Both the position numbers and the translations under genes were made by a program. From assembly GCA_002327405.1 (NCBI GenBank), contig DCVO01000141.1, positions 1-45,831 of the forward strand: a stretch of DNA of 45,831 nucleotides, in the 5' to 3' direction. Positions 1-9,938 of this stretch are shown here, piece by piece (the stretch's first letter is position 1; every line of letters begins with the position of its first letter). The stretch comes from Thiobacillus sp. UBA2186. GTDB lineage: Bacteria > Pseudomonadota > Gammaproteobacteria > Burkholderiales > Thiobacillaceae. The notes beneath the pieces were generated by a model. That model was not told the DNA's origin. It saw only the letters and a list, made by a program, of their open reading frames with translations, and searched no databases.

Positions 1-972
1 GAAAAGCGGCGGCCCCAGGACGGCCGGATTAAAATCGGCCGCAAGGATGAGGGCCGTGAGGCGGAGATCCGCGTCTCCACCGTGCCGGTTGCCTTTGGCG
101 AGAAGGCGGTCCTGCGGATTCTCAATCCGGACGTGATCTTTCAGCAGTTGGACCATCTCGGATTTTCCCGGCGGGACCGGGTGGTCTACAACAGCTTCAT
201 GAGCGCGGCGCACGGCATCGTGCTGGTCACCGGCCCCACCGGCAGCGGCAAGACCACCACGCTATATGGCGCGCTGGCCGAGCTCAACACCCAGGAGTCC
301 AAGCTCATCACGGTGGAAGACCCGGTCGAATACCGCCTGCCCGGCGTCAACCAGGTCCAGGTCAACGAGAAGATCGACCTCAGCTTCGCCCGCGTGCTGC
401 GCTCCGCCCTGCGCCAGGATCCGGACGTGGTACTGGTGGGCGAGATGCGCGACCAGGAAACCGCGCAGATCGGCATGCGCGCGGCCATGACCGGCCACCT
501 GGTGCTGGCCACCCTGCACACCAACGACGTCGTCAGCACCCCCATCCGCCTGTTGGACATGGGCGTGCCGCGTTATCTCGTCGCCACCTCGCTGCAGGTG
601 GTGCTGGCCCAGCGCCTGGTGCGCCTGGTCTGCGAGAGTTGCGCCGAGCCCCAGGAATTGAAACCCACCGAACGCGAATGGCTGAAAGCCGAACTCGGCG
701 ACACCGTCGATTCCCGCCGCTTCGCGCATGGGAGAGGCTGCATGCACTGCAACGGCACCGGCTACCTCGGCCGCACCGGCGTGTATGAAATGCTGGAAAT
801 GACGGAGGCGCTCACCGACGCCGTCAGCCGCCACGATCCCGCCTACTTCGTGAAAGCCGCCCAGGCGCAGATGGGCGGCCGCACCCTGCGCCGCCACGCC
901 GTCGCCCTCGCCGTCGCCGGCAAGACCACCGTAGCCGAAGCGATGCGCGTGAGCAGCCAGTTCGAAGACTAA
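1..972 (+). CDS. mshE: MSHA biogenesis ATPase MshE (GspE/PulE family), 5' truncated by window edge
   Basis: Frame open from position 1 (EKRRPQDGR...); Walker A GPTGSGKTT, ITVEDPVE, RQDPDVVLVGEMRD, AMTGHLVLATLH, CxxC pairs; upstream of mshG. Confidence 0.88.
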   Translation, partial: EKRRPQDGRIKIGRKDEGREAEIRVSTVPVAFGEKAVLRILNPDVIFQQLDHLGFSRRDRVVYNSFMSAAHGIVLVTGPTGSGKTTTLYGALAELNTQESKLITVEDPVEYRLPGVNQVQVNEKIDLSFARVLRSALRQDPDVVLVGEMRDQETAQIGMRAAMTGHLVLATLHTNDVVSTPIRLLDMGVPRYLVATSLQVVLAQRLVRLVCESCAEPQELKPTEREWLKAELGDTVDSRRFAHGRGCMHCNGTGYLGRTGVYEMLEMTEALTDAVSRHDPAYFVKAAQAQMGGRTLRRHAVALAVAGKTTVAEAMRVSSQFED

Positions 973-979
973 AAAAAGC

Positions 980-1391
980 ATGAACCACGGGGAGCACGGG
1001 GGACACGGTGAACTGCGGGATTATGATGAAGCTATAGTCGACGCCGTTCTCTCTGCAGCCACCGCCGTGCATAACCAGTTGGGGCCAGGGCTGCTGGAGT
1101 CCGTATATGAACAAGCCCTGCAGATCGAACTGGCCGAAGCAGGAATACCCGGCCAAAAGGCAAGTAGAGATACCGGCGTTTTACCGCGGGTTCGATTTGG
1201 GCATAGGCTTTCGGGCCGATATCATCGTTGCCGAATGCCTGCTGCTCGAAATCAAGGCCGTGAACGAATTTGATGCCGCGCATCTGGCGCAGATCATGAC
1301 TTACCTGAAGCTGTTGGGGTACAAAAGAGGCTATCTCCTGAATTTCAACAAAAGGCTGATGAAAGAAGGAATAAAGCGTGTCTCGATTTAA
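980..1391 (+). pseudogene. GxxExxY family protein (PD-(D/E)XK-like nuclease), split by one extra base near 1148-1151
   Basis: ORF 980-1273 carries LGPGLLESVYEQAL (GxxExxY); ORF 1107-1391 carries FRADIIV...LLEIKAV...AQIMTYLK...GYLLNF. Removing one base in ATA CCC G GCC joins them. Confidence 0.85.
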
Positions 1392-1426
1392 GGTCTTCCC
1401 CGTGTTCCCCCGTGCTCCCCGTGGTT
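983..1426. mobile_element. Inverted-repeat element A enclosing the GxxExxY gene (putative autonomous-type copy)
   Basis: Left arm AACCACGGGGAGCACGGGGGACACGGTGAA 983-1012; right arm TTCCCCGTGTTCCCCCGTGCTCCCCGTGGTT 1396-1426 is a near-perfect reverse complement. Confidence 0.75.
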
Positions 1427-1452
1427 AACCGCTTTTGTTTTAGGATTTTGTA

Positions 1453-2682
1453 ATGCCATTTTTTGCCTACAAAGCCCGCAACAGCCGCGGCGAGCTGATC
1501 CAGGGCGTGCTCGAGAGCGCGGACAGCAGTGCCGTCGCCGACCAGCTGTTCAATACCGGCGTCACGCCGGTCGAAATCAGGGAAACCGGGAAACCGGCCG
1601 CCGGCGGCGCGGGCGGCTGGTGGCAGCGGCTGACCGAGCAGAAGGTGCGCCCGCTCGACGTGCAGCTGTTCAGCCGCCAGATGTACACCCTGCTCAAGGC
1701 CGGCGTGCCGATCATGCGTGGCCTGGCCGGGCTGCAGGAATCCGCCAGCAACTCCAGCTTCGGGCGCGTGCTGCAGGACACGCGCGAATCGCTCGACTCC
1801 GGGCGCGAGCTGTCCGCCAGCCTGCGCCGCCATCCTGGCGTATTCGACCCTTTCTACATCAGCATGGTGCGCGTCGGCGAGACCACGGGCCGCCTCGACG
1901 AAGTGTTCCTGCACCTTTTCGACCACCTCGAGTTCGAACGCGACATGAAAAGCCGCGTGCGCACCGCCATGCGCTATCCGCTGTTCGTCGTCATCGCCAT
2001 GGTCGCGGCCATCGCGGTGATCAACCTGTTCGTGATTCCCGCCTTCGCCAAGGTCTACGCCGGCTTCAACGTCGAGCTGCCGCTGGTCACGAGGATGCTC
2101 ATCGGCGCCTCCGGCTTCACCCTGCATTACTGGCCGCTCATGCTGGCCATCGTCGCCGGACTCATACTCGCATTCCGCATGTACATCGCCACGCCCGGCG
2201 GCGCCTATCGCTGGGACAAGACCAGGCTGCGCATTCCCATCATGGGAAAAATCCTGCTGAAAAGCGCGCTGGCGCGTTTCTCCCGCAGCTTCGCACTGGC
2301 CGGCCGCAGCGGCGTGCCGGTGCTGCAAAGCCTCAACGTGGTGTCGCAGACCGTGGACAACAAATACATCGAAAGCCGAATCGAGCAGATGCGCGACGGC
2401 GTGGAGCGCGGCGAAAGCATCCTGCGCACCGCCATGACCACCGGCGTGTTCACCCCCGTGGTGCTGCAGATGATCGCGGTCGGCGAGGAAACCGGCGAAC
2501 TCGACAGCCTCATGGGCGAAGTCGCCGACATGTACGAACGCGAGGTCGACTACGAACTGAAAACCCTCTCCGCCCAGATCGAACCCATACTCATCCTGAT
2601 GCTGGGCGTGCTGGTGCTGATACTGGCGCTGGGCGTGTTCCTGCCGATCTGGGATCTGGGCAGCGTCGTTCTGAAGAAGTGA
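1453..2682 (+). CDS. mshG: MSHA platform protein MshG (PilC/GspF family)
   Basis: 409 aa; FSRQMYTLLKAGVP, GETTGRLDE, GEETGELD, EPILI; two GspF domains with TM segments. Confidence 0.92.
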   Translation: MPFFAYKARNSRGELIQGVLESADSSAVADQLFNTGVTPVEIRETGKPAAGGAGGWWQRLTEQKVRPLDVQLFSRQMYTLLKAGVPIMRGLAGLQESASNSSFGRVLQDTRESLDSGRELSASLRRHPGVFDPFYISMVRVGETTGRLDEVFLHLFDHLEFERDMKSRVRTAMRYPLFVVIAMVAAIAVINLFVIPAFAKVYAGFNVELPLVTRMLIGASGFTLHYWPLMLAIVAGLILAFRMYIATPGGAYRWDKTRLRIPIMGKILLKSALARFSRSFALAGRSGVPVLQSLNVVSQTVDNKYIESRIEQMRDGVERGESILRTAMTTGVFTPVVLQMIAVGEETGELDSLMGEVADMYEREVDYELKTLSAQIEPILILMLGVLVLILALGVFLPIWDLGSVVLKK

Positions 2683-2699
2683 GCGCGAAGGCAAAACTT

Positions 2700-2838
2700 G
2701 ACCACGGGGAGCACGGGGAAGACAAAATGCGGAGGCAAGTTTCCACTTCCCGGCTTCCCCAGGCCCTTCCAAGCCTCGTTTCGCACTTTATTAACCATTG
2801 TCGTGGTTTTCCCCGTGCGCCCCGTCTCCCCCGTGGTT
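2700..2838. repeat. Short inverted-repeat element B (same arms as A, no gene)
   Basis: GACCACGGGGAGCACGGGGAA 2700-2720 and TTCCCCGTGCGCCCCGTCTCCCCCGTGGTT 2809-2838. Confidence 0.8.
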
Positions 2839-2856
2839 AAACGCTTCTGACTTTCC

Positions 2857-3375
2857 ATGGCCGCACTAAAAAAACAAACCGGCGGCACCCTGCTGGAACT
2901 GGCGGTGGCGGGGATCGTCATCGGCATCATCGCGACGGTTTTCCTGGGCTACATGCTGCGCTACCAGGAGGTCGCCGAAAAAACCGTCATGGAAACCACG
3001 GTCATCAACATGCGCACCGGATTGAAGTGGCGCATCGCCGAACTGATGGTGCAGGACAAAATGCGCGACCTCGCCGTGGTGGCGCAGGAAAACCCCATCA
3101 ACTGGCTGGCGGCGGCGCCGTCGAATTACCTCGGCGAGTTCGACAACCCGGCGCCCGAAAGCCTTCAGCCCGGAAGCTGGTATTACGACAACGGCCGCCG
3201 CCAGCTCGTCTACCTGCCCGACCGTTCGTACCACCTCAAGCCCGGTCCGGACGGCGAGAAAATCATCCGTTTCCGTGTCACCGCAAAGACACACCCGGGC
3301 GAGAATGGCGCCCCGGCGCGGGTGGAAGGCGTGACTTTATCCCTGGTAATCCCGTATGATTGGCCGGTATTCTGA
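2857..3375 (+). CDS. Pilin-like MSHA accessory protein (MshF position)
   Basis: N-terminal GGTLLELAVAGIVIGII prepilin-like hydrophobic helix; lies between mshG and the pilins. Confidence 0.75.
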   Translation: MAALKKQTGGTLLELAVAGIVIGIIATVFLGYMLRYQEVAEKTVMETTVINMRTGLKWRIAELMVQDKMRDLAVVAQENPINWLAAAPSNYLGEFDNPAPESLQPGSWYYDNGRRQLVYLPDRSYHLKPGPDGEKIIRFRVTAKTHPGENGAPARVEGVTLSLVIPYDWPVF

Positions 3376-3424
3376 GGCATCGGCCCGCCGGCTACTGCCC
3401 GGACCGGAATGCGGAGAAATGATA

Positions 3425-3895
3425 ATGAACAGACAACAAGCCGGCTTCACCCTGATCGAGCTGATCCTGGTCATCGCCATCATCGGCATCCTGGCGGCCA
3501 CGGCCCTGCCGCGCTACGTCAACATGCAGTCGCAGGCCCGCGCCGCCAAGGCCCAGGCCATCTACGGTTCCGTCAAGTCGGCCGCCGCGCTGGCGCGCGC
3601 CAACTGCATGGTCGACCTCGCCGGCCTCACCAGCCCCGCCACCTGCACGGCGACCGGCGGCACCACCAACATGGACGGCGTGGCCGTGGAGATGGTCAAC
3701 CAGTATCCGGCCGCCACCCTTGGCGGCATCATCACCGCCGCCCAGCTTAATGCCGGCGCCGATGGCGTGACCATCACCGTAGGCAACCCCACTGTGATCG
3801 GCATCAACGGCGGCACCAGCTGCAGCGTTTCGTATGCCGCCGCGACCGCCGGCCCGTCGGCCCCGGTCATCACCCTGGACATCAGCGCCTGCTAG
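3425..3895 (+). CDS. MshA/MshB-like type IV pilin
   Basis: GFTLIELILVIAIIGILAATALPRY prepilin motif; Cys pairs; GGAG RBS upstream of ATG 3425. Confidence 0.9.
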   Translation: MNRQQAGFTLIELILVIAIIGILAATALPRYVNMQSQARAAKAQAIYGSVKSAAALARANCMVDLAGLTSPATCTATGGTTNMDGVAVEMVNQYPAATLGGIITAAQLNAGADGVTITVGNPTVIGINGGTSCSVSYAAATAGPSAPVITLDISAC

Positions 3896-4031
3896 CTAGT
3901 CGGAAAAGACCAAAAAAAGACCCGAATCCCCCCTAAAGAAACAGTGTCTTGCGACGATAAAATGACCTGAGGCCATGGGCGCCACTGCCTTAAGCCGAAT
4001 AAACACGAATTTTTTTACCCTGGAGAAAACA

Positions 4032-4409
4032 ATGCGGAGCACACAAAAAGGTTTCACCCTGATCGAACTGGTTGTGGTGATTGTCATTCTTGGCATTCTG
4101 GCGGCGACTGCGATCCCGAAATTCGTTGATCTGAGCGCCGAAGCTGAAGCGGCTGCCCTGCAAGGGGTAGTCGGCGCAATCAACTCGGCAAGCGCAGTTA
4201 ATTACGGCGCACGCAGTGCAGCTCCGACAAAAGGAGCTGCAACCCAAGGCATTACCTGCAAAGCTGCTGCTACCGCAATACTGCAAGGCGGCGTTCCCTC
4301 TGGTTATACGCTAGACGATACGACCAACCTAGTCGCTGGTGATAATACTTGTCTTGTTACCCAGACAGGTGGCGGCTCGGCCAACGCAACCATCATCGGT
4401 ATTCTCTGA
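4032..4409 (+). CDS. mshA: MshA-like type IV pilin, probable major pilin
   Basis: [28 protein letters not shown]; GGAG RBS; AT-richer codons; followed by a strong hairpin. Confidence 0.75.
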   Translation: MRSTQKGFTLIELVVVIVILGILAATAIPKFVDLSAEAEAAALQGVVGAINSASAVNYGARSAAPTKGAATQGITCKAAATAILQGGVPSGYTLDDTTNLVAGDNTCLVTQTGGGSANATIIGIL

Positions 4410-4513
4410 TTTGAACCCTACCAAGGAACAGATCAGACAACGCCAGGACACAATCGCGTAAGTATTGCGTCCCAAGCAGCACATCAAGAAATACCATCGG
4501 GTATATCTTAATG

Positions 4514-4548
4514 AACAACACGGGGCGCAATCGCGCCCCGTGTTGTTT
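4514..4548 (+). terminator. Hairpin after pilin gene (terminator or mRNA stabiliser)
   Basis: Perfect 15-bp stem AACAACACGGGGCGC-aatc-GCGCCCCGTGTTGTT. Confidence 0.65.
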
Positions 4549-4565
4549 CGCTGACGGGCAGGCCA

Positions 4566-5018
4566 ATGGCGACCAGACTGATGAAAGCATCCGGCTTCAC
4601 GCTGCTCGAACTGATCGTGATCATCGCGATCGTCGGCATCCTGGCAGTGGTGGCCCTGCCCCGCCTGCAGGATGAAGGCTTCAAGCAGCGCGCCTTCCAC
4701 GACCAGACCCTGGCCGCCCTGCGCTACGCCCAGAAGGCCGCCGTGGCCCAGCGCCGCACCGTGTGCGTGACGGCCAATGCCAGCAGCATCGCGCTGACCA
4801 TCGCATCGGCCGCGGGCTCCGCCGTCTGCGACACCAATCTTGCCGGCCCCGGCGGCGGCAGCCCGTTTACCGTGAGCGCGCCTTCGGGCGTGAATTATTC
4901 GGCTTTTGCCAGCTTTACTTTCGGTTCACTGGGGCAGCCCAGCGCCGCCCAGAATTTTCAGGTCAGCGGGATGCCGACCAGCATCACCGTGGAAGCGGAG
5001 ACCGGCTATGTCCATTAA
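4566..5018 (+). CDS. mshC: MSHA minor pilin MshC
   Basis: GFTLLELIVIIAIVGILAVVALPR; ALRYAQK; C-terminal VEAETGYVH. Confidence 0.85.
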   Translation: MATRLMKASGFTLLELIVIIAIVGILAVVALPRLQDEGFKQRAFHDQTLAALRYAQKAAVAQRRTVCVTANASSIALTIASAAGSAVCDTNLAGPGGGSPFTVSAPSGVNYSAFASFTFGSLGQPSAAQNFQVSGMPTSITVEAETGYVH

Positions 5019-5466
5019 GCGCCAGGCCGGCATCACCCTGGTCGAGCTGATCCTCTACATCGTCATCGTCAGCATCGGCATCGCCGGCATCCTGTCGGTG
5101 ATGAACATTACCAGCCAGCACAGCGCCGATCCCATGGTGCGCAAGCAGGCGCTCGCCGTCGCCGAATCGCTGCTGGAGGAAATCGCGCTCAAGGACTTCT
5201 CCGACCCCGACGGCTCGGAAGCCGGCGAAACCCGTCCCACCTTCGACGACGTGGACGATTACGATGGATACAACTCGAACGGCATCAAGGACATCAACGA
5301 AGTCGCGATCGGCGCGCTAGCCGACTACCAGGTCAACGTCACCGTGGCGGGCGCCGCCCTGGGCGGCATCGCGGCCGGCGAGGCGCTGCTCGTCACGGTC
5401 ATCGTCAGCGGCCCGGGTAACGAATCCATCACGCTCAACGGTTACCGCACCAACTATGCGCCATAA
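5008..5466 (+). CDS. mshD: MSHA minor pilin MshD
   Basis: GITLVELILYIVIVSI, SADPMVRKQALAVAESLLEEI, FDDVDDYDG, GYRTNY. Confidence 0.87.
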   Translation: MSIKRQAGITLVELILYIVIVSIGIAGILSVMNITSQHSADPMVRKQALAVAESLLEEIALKDFSDPDGSEAGETRPTFDDVDDYDGYNSNGIKDINEVAIGALADYQVNVTVAGAALGGIAAGEALLVTVIVSGPGNESITLNGYRTNYAP

Positions 5467-6289
5467 GTCCGACGGCCTCTCTACGATGATGCATCCGTCC
5501 GGCTTCACCCTGGTCGAGCTGATCGTGGTGATCGCCATCACCGCCATCATCGCGGCAATAGTGGCGGTGTTCATCCGCGCACCGGTGGAAGGCTATTTCG
5601 ATGCGGCGCGGCGAGCGGAACTCACCGACACCGCCGACTCTGCCCTGCGCCGCATGGCGCGCGACCTGCGCCTCGCCCTGCCCAACAGCGTGCGGGTGAG
5701 CGGCAGCGCGGTCGAATTCCTGCAAACCCGCACCGGCGGGCGCTACCGGGCGGAAGGCGACGGCGGCGCGACGCCGGCGGACGAGCTGGATTTCACCGCC
5801 GCGGATTCAAGTTTCGACGTGCTCGGCGCGCTGAGCAGCACCCCCGTGGCCGGCGACCTGGTGGTGGTATACAACCTCGGCATCAGCGGCGCGGATGCCT
5901 ATGTCGACGACAATACCGCCCAGGTCACCGGCTTTGCCGGCAATACCGTTTCCACCGCCGCCAAGCAGTTTCCCTTCGAATCGCCCGCCAACCGTTTCCA
6001 GGTGGTGAGCGGGCCGGTGAGCCATGTCTGCGCCGGCGCGGGCATCGCAAACGGCGCCGGCACCGGCACTCTGCGGCGCTATTGGGGTTACAACAAAACC
6101 GCCGCGCAGAACGTCCCGCCAGCCGGCGGCAACAATGCGCTTCTCATGGACCATGTCAGCGCCTGCAGCTTCGTCTACACCCAGGGCGCCACAGCGCGCA
6201 GCGGCCTGGTGACGATGCAATTGCAGATAACCGAAGGGAATGAATCGGTGTCGCTCTATCATGAGGTGCATGTCCCCAATGTACCCTGA
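5456..6289 (+). CDS. mshO: MSHA minor pilin MshO
   Basis: GFTLVELIVVIAI, ALRRMARDLRLALPNSVR, C-terminal VHVPNVP. Confidence 0.87.
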   Translation: MRHKSDGLSTMMHPSGFTLVELIVVIAITAIIAAIVAVFIRAPVEGYFDAARRAELTDTADSALRRMARDLRLALPNSVRVSGSAVEFLQTRTGGRYRAEGDGGATPADELDFTAADSSFDVLGALSSTPVAGDLVVVYNLGISGADAYVDDNTAQVTGFAGNTVSTAAKQFPFESPANRFQVVSGPVSHVCAGAGIANGAGTGTLRRYWGYNKTAAQNVPPAGGNNALLMDHVSACSFVYTQGATARSGLVTMQLQITEGNESVSLYHEVHVPNVP

Positions 6290-6686
6290 CAGAACGTCCC
6301 GCCCCTCTGCCCGCCAGCGCGGCTTCGCCCTGGCGACGGCGATATTTCTGCTGGTGGTGCTGGCCGCCCTGGGCGCAGCCATGCTGACCTTCTCCTCCGC
6401 CCAGCACGTCGGTTCCGCCATGGACGTGCAGGGCGCGCGCGCCTACCAGGCCGCCCGCGCGGGCATCGAGTGGGGCGCCTACCAGGCGCTGCGCAACAGC
6501 AGTTGCGCGGGCTCCACGACTGTTGCGCTGGCGGGCGAACTGGCGGGCTTCACGCTGGTGGTGGAATGCAGCGCCACGCCCAGCGGTACGCTCACCGCTT
6601 ACGAAATCAAATCGACAGCCAGCATCGGTACCATCGGCAGCATCAACAGGGTAGAGCGCCGGTTGCAGGCGACCATCAGCCTATGA
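6279..6686 (+). CDS. mshP: MSHA minor pilin MshP (PilX-like)
   Basis: RQRGFALATAIFLLVVLAALG, ARAYQAARAGIEWG. Confidence 0.85.
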   Translation: MYPDRTSRPSARQRGFALATAIFLLVVLAALGAAMLTFSSAQHVGSAMDVQGARAYQAARAGIEWGAYQALRNSSCAGSTTVALAGELAGFTLVVECSATPSGTLTAYEIKSTASIGTIGSINRVERRLQATISL

Positions 6687-9600
6687 CCTGCGCCGAAAAC
6701 CGACATGCCGGCTTGAAAATGGGCAGAAATGGCCGTCAATTGCAGCATGGTCACACGACCGGATTCGCCATGAACCCCGAAAAACGCCTGCCGACACTTT
6801 TGTCCTCGCGCGCGAACGTGCTCCGCGGGCTATGGCGCCGGTTCGCGCTGCTGGGCGCTTTCGCGCTCGCCCTGCTGGGCGCGGGCGGAACCGCGCATGC
6901 CGCCTGTTCCGCCAATTTCGAGGATGGCTACCTCAACGAATACTTTTTCGGCACCACCACAAACTTCCTGGAAGTATTCGTTCCCAACAATACCCAGATC
7001 ACCTCCACCGACTGGTCCACCTGGTATGTCAGGGTCTATACCAGCGCGGGCTCGTACACCACCTACCCGATGAGCGGCGCGACAGCCTGTGATTTTGGCA
7101 GCAAGACCTACCTGACCTATGACGCGCCGGCCGGGCTGCCCGGCACCGGCGGCGCGGTCAATGCTGTACTCTATGATGGCAGCGGCAACGAGATCGACTA
7201 CCTCAAGTTCGACAACTCGTCCCCCGTGCCGGTTCATACTGCCGCGCAATGCACTTATGGCGCTGGCCACGACAACGATCTCGTCGTCAGCAAATACGGC
7301 AACAAGGACGTGGCGCGCTTCCCGGACGGCACAGGCGACTGGAGCCTTTCCAGCGAGACCGGCGCGAACACCTCCTATACCAAGTGCACGTCCAACGACC
7401 CCAGCATCGCCAAGGTCGTCAGCGCATCGTCGATCGCCGTCGCCGCTTCCGCCTCGTTCACCATTACCGTGGCCAACCCGGGCAAACAATCGATCAGCAG
7501 CGTGGCGGTGACGGATCTATTGCCGGCGGGTCTTGTGTACGAGTCGCATACCGCCAGCGTCGGCACCTACGACTCCGGCACCGGCATCTGGACCATCGGC
7601 ACGATGGCAAAAGACGCCAGTGCGACGCTTACGATCTATTTCCATGGCAGCGCCGTCGGTGAATACACCAATACCGCGACACTGAGTTTTACAGACATCA
7701 CTTACACGGCATCGGACTCCGCCATCGCCAACATCGTGCCGGCGGTCGACCACATCCGCATCGAGCACAGCGGCAGCGGCGTGACCTGCTCGCCCTCCTC
7801 GATCACGATCAAGGCCTGCTCGGACGCCGCCTGTACTTCACTTTACACCGGCGGCGTCACCGGCAACCTCACCTGGGCCGGCGCGCCAGGCGGCAGCGTG
7901 GCGTTCGCGACCGGCGGCACGGGACAGACGACCGTCTACCTCAGCGTGCTCACGCCGCAAACCGTCACGCTCGGCACCAATTCGGTGTCGCCCGCGCCCT
8001 CGGGCACCAGCCCGCAGTGCTATGTCGGCGCTTCCGCGAACTGCAGCCATACCTTCGCCGACACCGGCTTCATTTTCTCCCCCATCCCCACGCAAACCGC
8101 GGGAGTGGCTTCGGGCAGCCTCACCCTCCAGGCGGTGAGAAAAGCGGGCAATTCGCCCACCTGCACAGGGGTGTTCAACGGCAACAGAACGATCGACTTG
8201 GCCTCGCAGTGCATCGATCCGACCACCTGCGCCGGCCAGCAGGTGACGATCAACGCCACCGCCATTTCCAACAATCCGGCTTCAGGCATTTCCAGCTACA
8301 CGCCGGTGACGCTGAACTTCATCGCCAATTCGACCGCCACCTACACGCTCGGCTATCCGGACGTGGGGGCGATGAACCTGACCGCGCGCTACGACCTGGG
8401 CGGGGGCAACTACATCACGGGAACCAGCAACACCTTCGTGGTCAAGCCTTACGGCTTCGCGGTATCGGGCATCCAGCGCACTGCGGACAGCTTTGCCAAC
8501 CCTGCCGCATCCGACGCGACCGGCACCGCATTCATCAAGGCGGGCGCGAGCTTCACCGCCAGCGTGACGGCGCTTGCGTACAACGCCCTGGGCAATACGG
8601 TTGCACCCAATTACGGACGCGAAACCGTGCCTGAAGGCGTGCTGCTGACGCCAACGCTGGCGGCCGGACTCGGCCTCGCCAACAACCCCGCGCTGACCAA
8701 CGGCACCATCGCCGGTACTGAATTCGGCAGCGGCGGGATGGTTGGCACCGACGCCAACGGTATCGCGACCGTAACCAATCTTGCCTGGAACGAAGTCGGC
8801 ATCATCACGCTCACGCCCTCGGTGGCCGACGCGGACTATCTCGGCGCGGGCGACACGACGGGCACGGCCTCCGTCAATGTCGGTCGCTTCTATCCCGACC
8901 ACTTCGCGCTTTCCGCCGGCTCCATCGCCAACCGCACCGACATTTCTCCCGCCTGCGCGCCCGCTTCCGCCTTCACCTACATGGACGAACCCTTCCAGGC
9001 CAACTTCACGCTGACAGCGAAAGGGCCGGCGCCGGGCAATGTCACCTTGCAGAACTACGTGAGCAGCGGCGTAGCCGCCAACAACTTCGCCAAGCTGGCG
9101 ACAGGCGCGCCGGCGCCGGCAGGATTCGGCCTGGCCTTCCTGGACGGGACCACGGACCTCGGCACGCGCATGGACAGCAGCCTCGGCATCAGCGGCACCT
9201 GGTCGGCCGGCGTGCTGTCGGCAACCGCCACCCTGGGCTTTACCCGCGGCACTGCGCCCGACGGCCCCTACAGCGCGCTGAAAGTGGGCATTGCTCCCGT
9301 GGACTCTGACGGCGTGGCACTGAGCGTTTTCGACATGGACGTGACGGCGCCGGCGGGCAATGAGCACGCGCAAGTCGGCGAAACGCAAATCCGCTTCGGC
9401 CGCCTGCGCCTCAACAACGCTCACGGTTCGGAACTCCTGGACCTGCCGATTCCGATTTCCGTCCAGTACTGGAACGGCACCCAGTTTGCCACCAATACCG
9501 AAGACAGCTGCACCAGCCTGGCCAGTTCCAGCATCGGCCTCGGCAATTACACCGGCAACCTGGCAAGCGGAGAAACCGGCATCAGTCCGGCAACGATCAG

Positions 9601-9853
9601 CTTCGCTTCGGGAATCGGCACCATGAGACTGACCGCGCCCGGCAACAACAACAGCGGCAGCGTGGACGTGTGCGTCGACCTAGGGCCCGACCCGGTCGGC
9701 GGCGTCACCTGTTCGGCAACCGGCGCCAGCATGGCCTATTTGCAAGGGAAATGGGCACCCGGCACGAACTGGGACAACGATCCCAAGGTACGCGCCACCT
9801 TCGGCGTCTACAAAAACACGAACGAATTCATCTATCTGCGGGAAATGTATTGA
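6683..9853 (+). CDS. mshQ: MshQ-like large adhesin (DUF11-like internal domain, DUF6701-like C-terminus); start could also be 6770
   Basis: Signal peptide ...TAHA; VTDLLPAGLVYESHTASVGTYDSGTGIWTIG; VGRFYPDHF, FTYMDEPF, RFGRLRLNNAHGSE, ATFGVY...IYLREMY. Confidence 0.82.
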   Translation: MTCAENRHAGLKMGRNGRQLQHGHTTGFAMNPEKRLPTLLSSRANVLRGLWRRFALLGAFALALLGAGGTAHAACSANFEDGYLNEYFFGTTTNFLEVFVPNNTQITSTDWSTWYVRVYTSAGSYTTYPMSGATACDFGSKTYLTYDAPAGLPGTGGAVNAVLYDGSGNEIDYLKFDNSSPVPVHTAAQCTYGAGHDNDLVVSKYGNKDVARFPDGTGDWSLSSETGANTSYTKCTSNDPSIAKVVSASSIAVAASASFTITVANPGKQSISSVAVTDLLPAGLVYESHTASVGTYDSGTGIWTIGTMAKDASATLTIYFHGSAVGEYTNTATLSFTDITYTASDSAIANIVPAVDHIRIEHSGSGVTCSPSSITIKACSDAACTSLYTGGVTGNLTWAGAPGGSVAFATGGTGQTTVYLSVLTPQTVTLGTNSVSPAPSGTSPQCYVGASANCSHTFADTGFIFSPIPTQTAGVASGSLTLQAVRKAGNSPTCTGVFNGNRTIDLASQCIDPTTCAGQQVTINATAISNNPASGISSYTPVTLNFIANSTATYTLGYPDVGAMNLTARYDLGGGNYITGTSNTFVVKPYGFAVSGIQRTADSFANPAASDATGTAFIKAGASFTASVTALAYNALGNTVAPNYGRETVPEGVLLTPTLAAGLGLANNPALTNGTIAGTEFGSGGMVGTDANGIATVTNLAWNEVGIITLTPSVADADYLGAGDTTGTASVNVGRFYPDHFALSAGSIANRTDISPACAPASAFTYMDEPFQANFTLTAKGPAPGNVTLQNYVSSGVAANNFAKLATGAPAPAGFGLAFLDGTTDLGTRMDSSLGISGTWSAGVLSATATLGFTRGTAPDGPYSALKVGIAPVDSDGVALSVFDMDVTAPAGNEHAQVGETQIRFGRLRLNNAHGSELLDLPIPISVQYWNGTQFATNTEDSCTSLASSSIGLGNYTGNLASGETGISPATISFASGIGTMRLTAPGNNNSGSVDVCVDLGPDPVGGVTCSATGASMAYLQGKWAPGTNWDNDPKVRATFGVYKNTNEFIYLREMY

Positions 9854-9938
9854 TGCCCGGCCGTTTTCTGCAAAAAGACGTGAATGGCCAAAAAGTGACA
9901 ATTAGCGGCACAAAAGAACCATTTCCCTTTAAAATCAA

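Noticed and set aside
4514-4547. Hairpin containing CACGGGG as a further copy of the periodic-arm element
   Set aside because: Single unit, no 9-bp periodicity, no AACCAC end; better explained as a terminator-like hairpin
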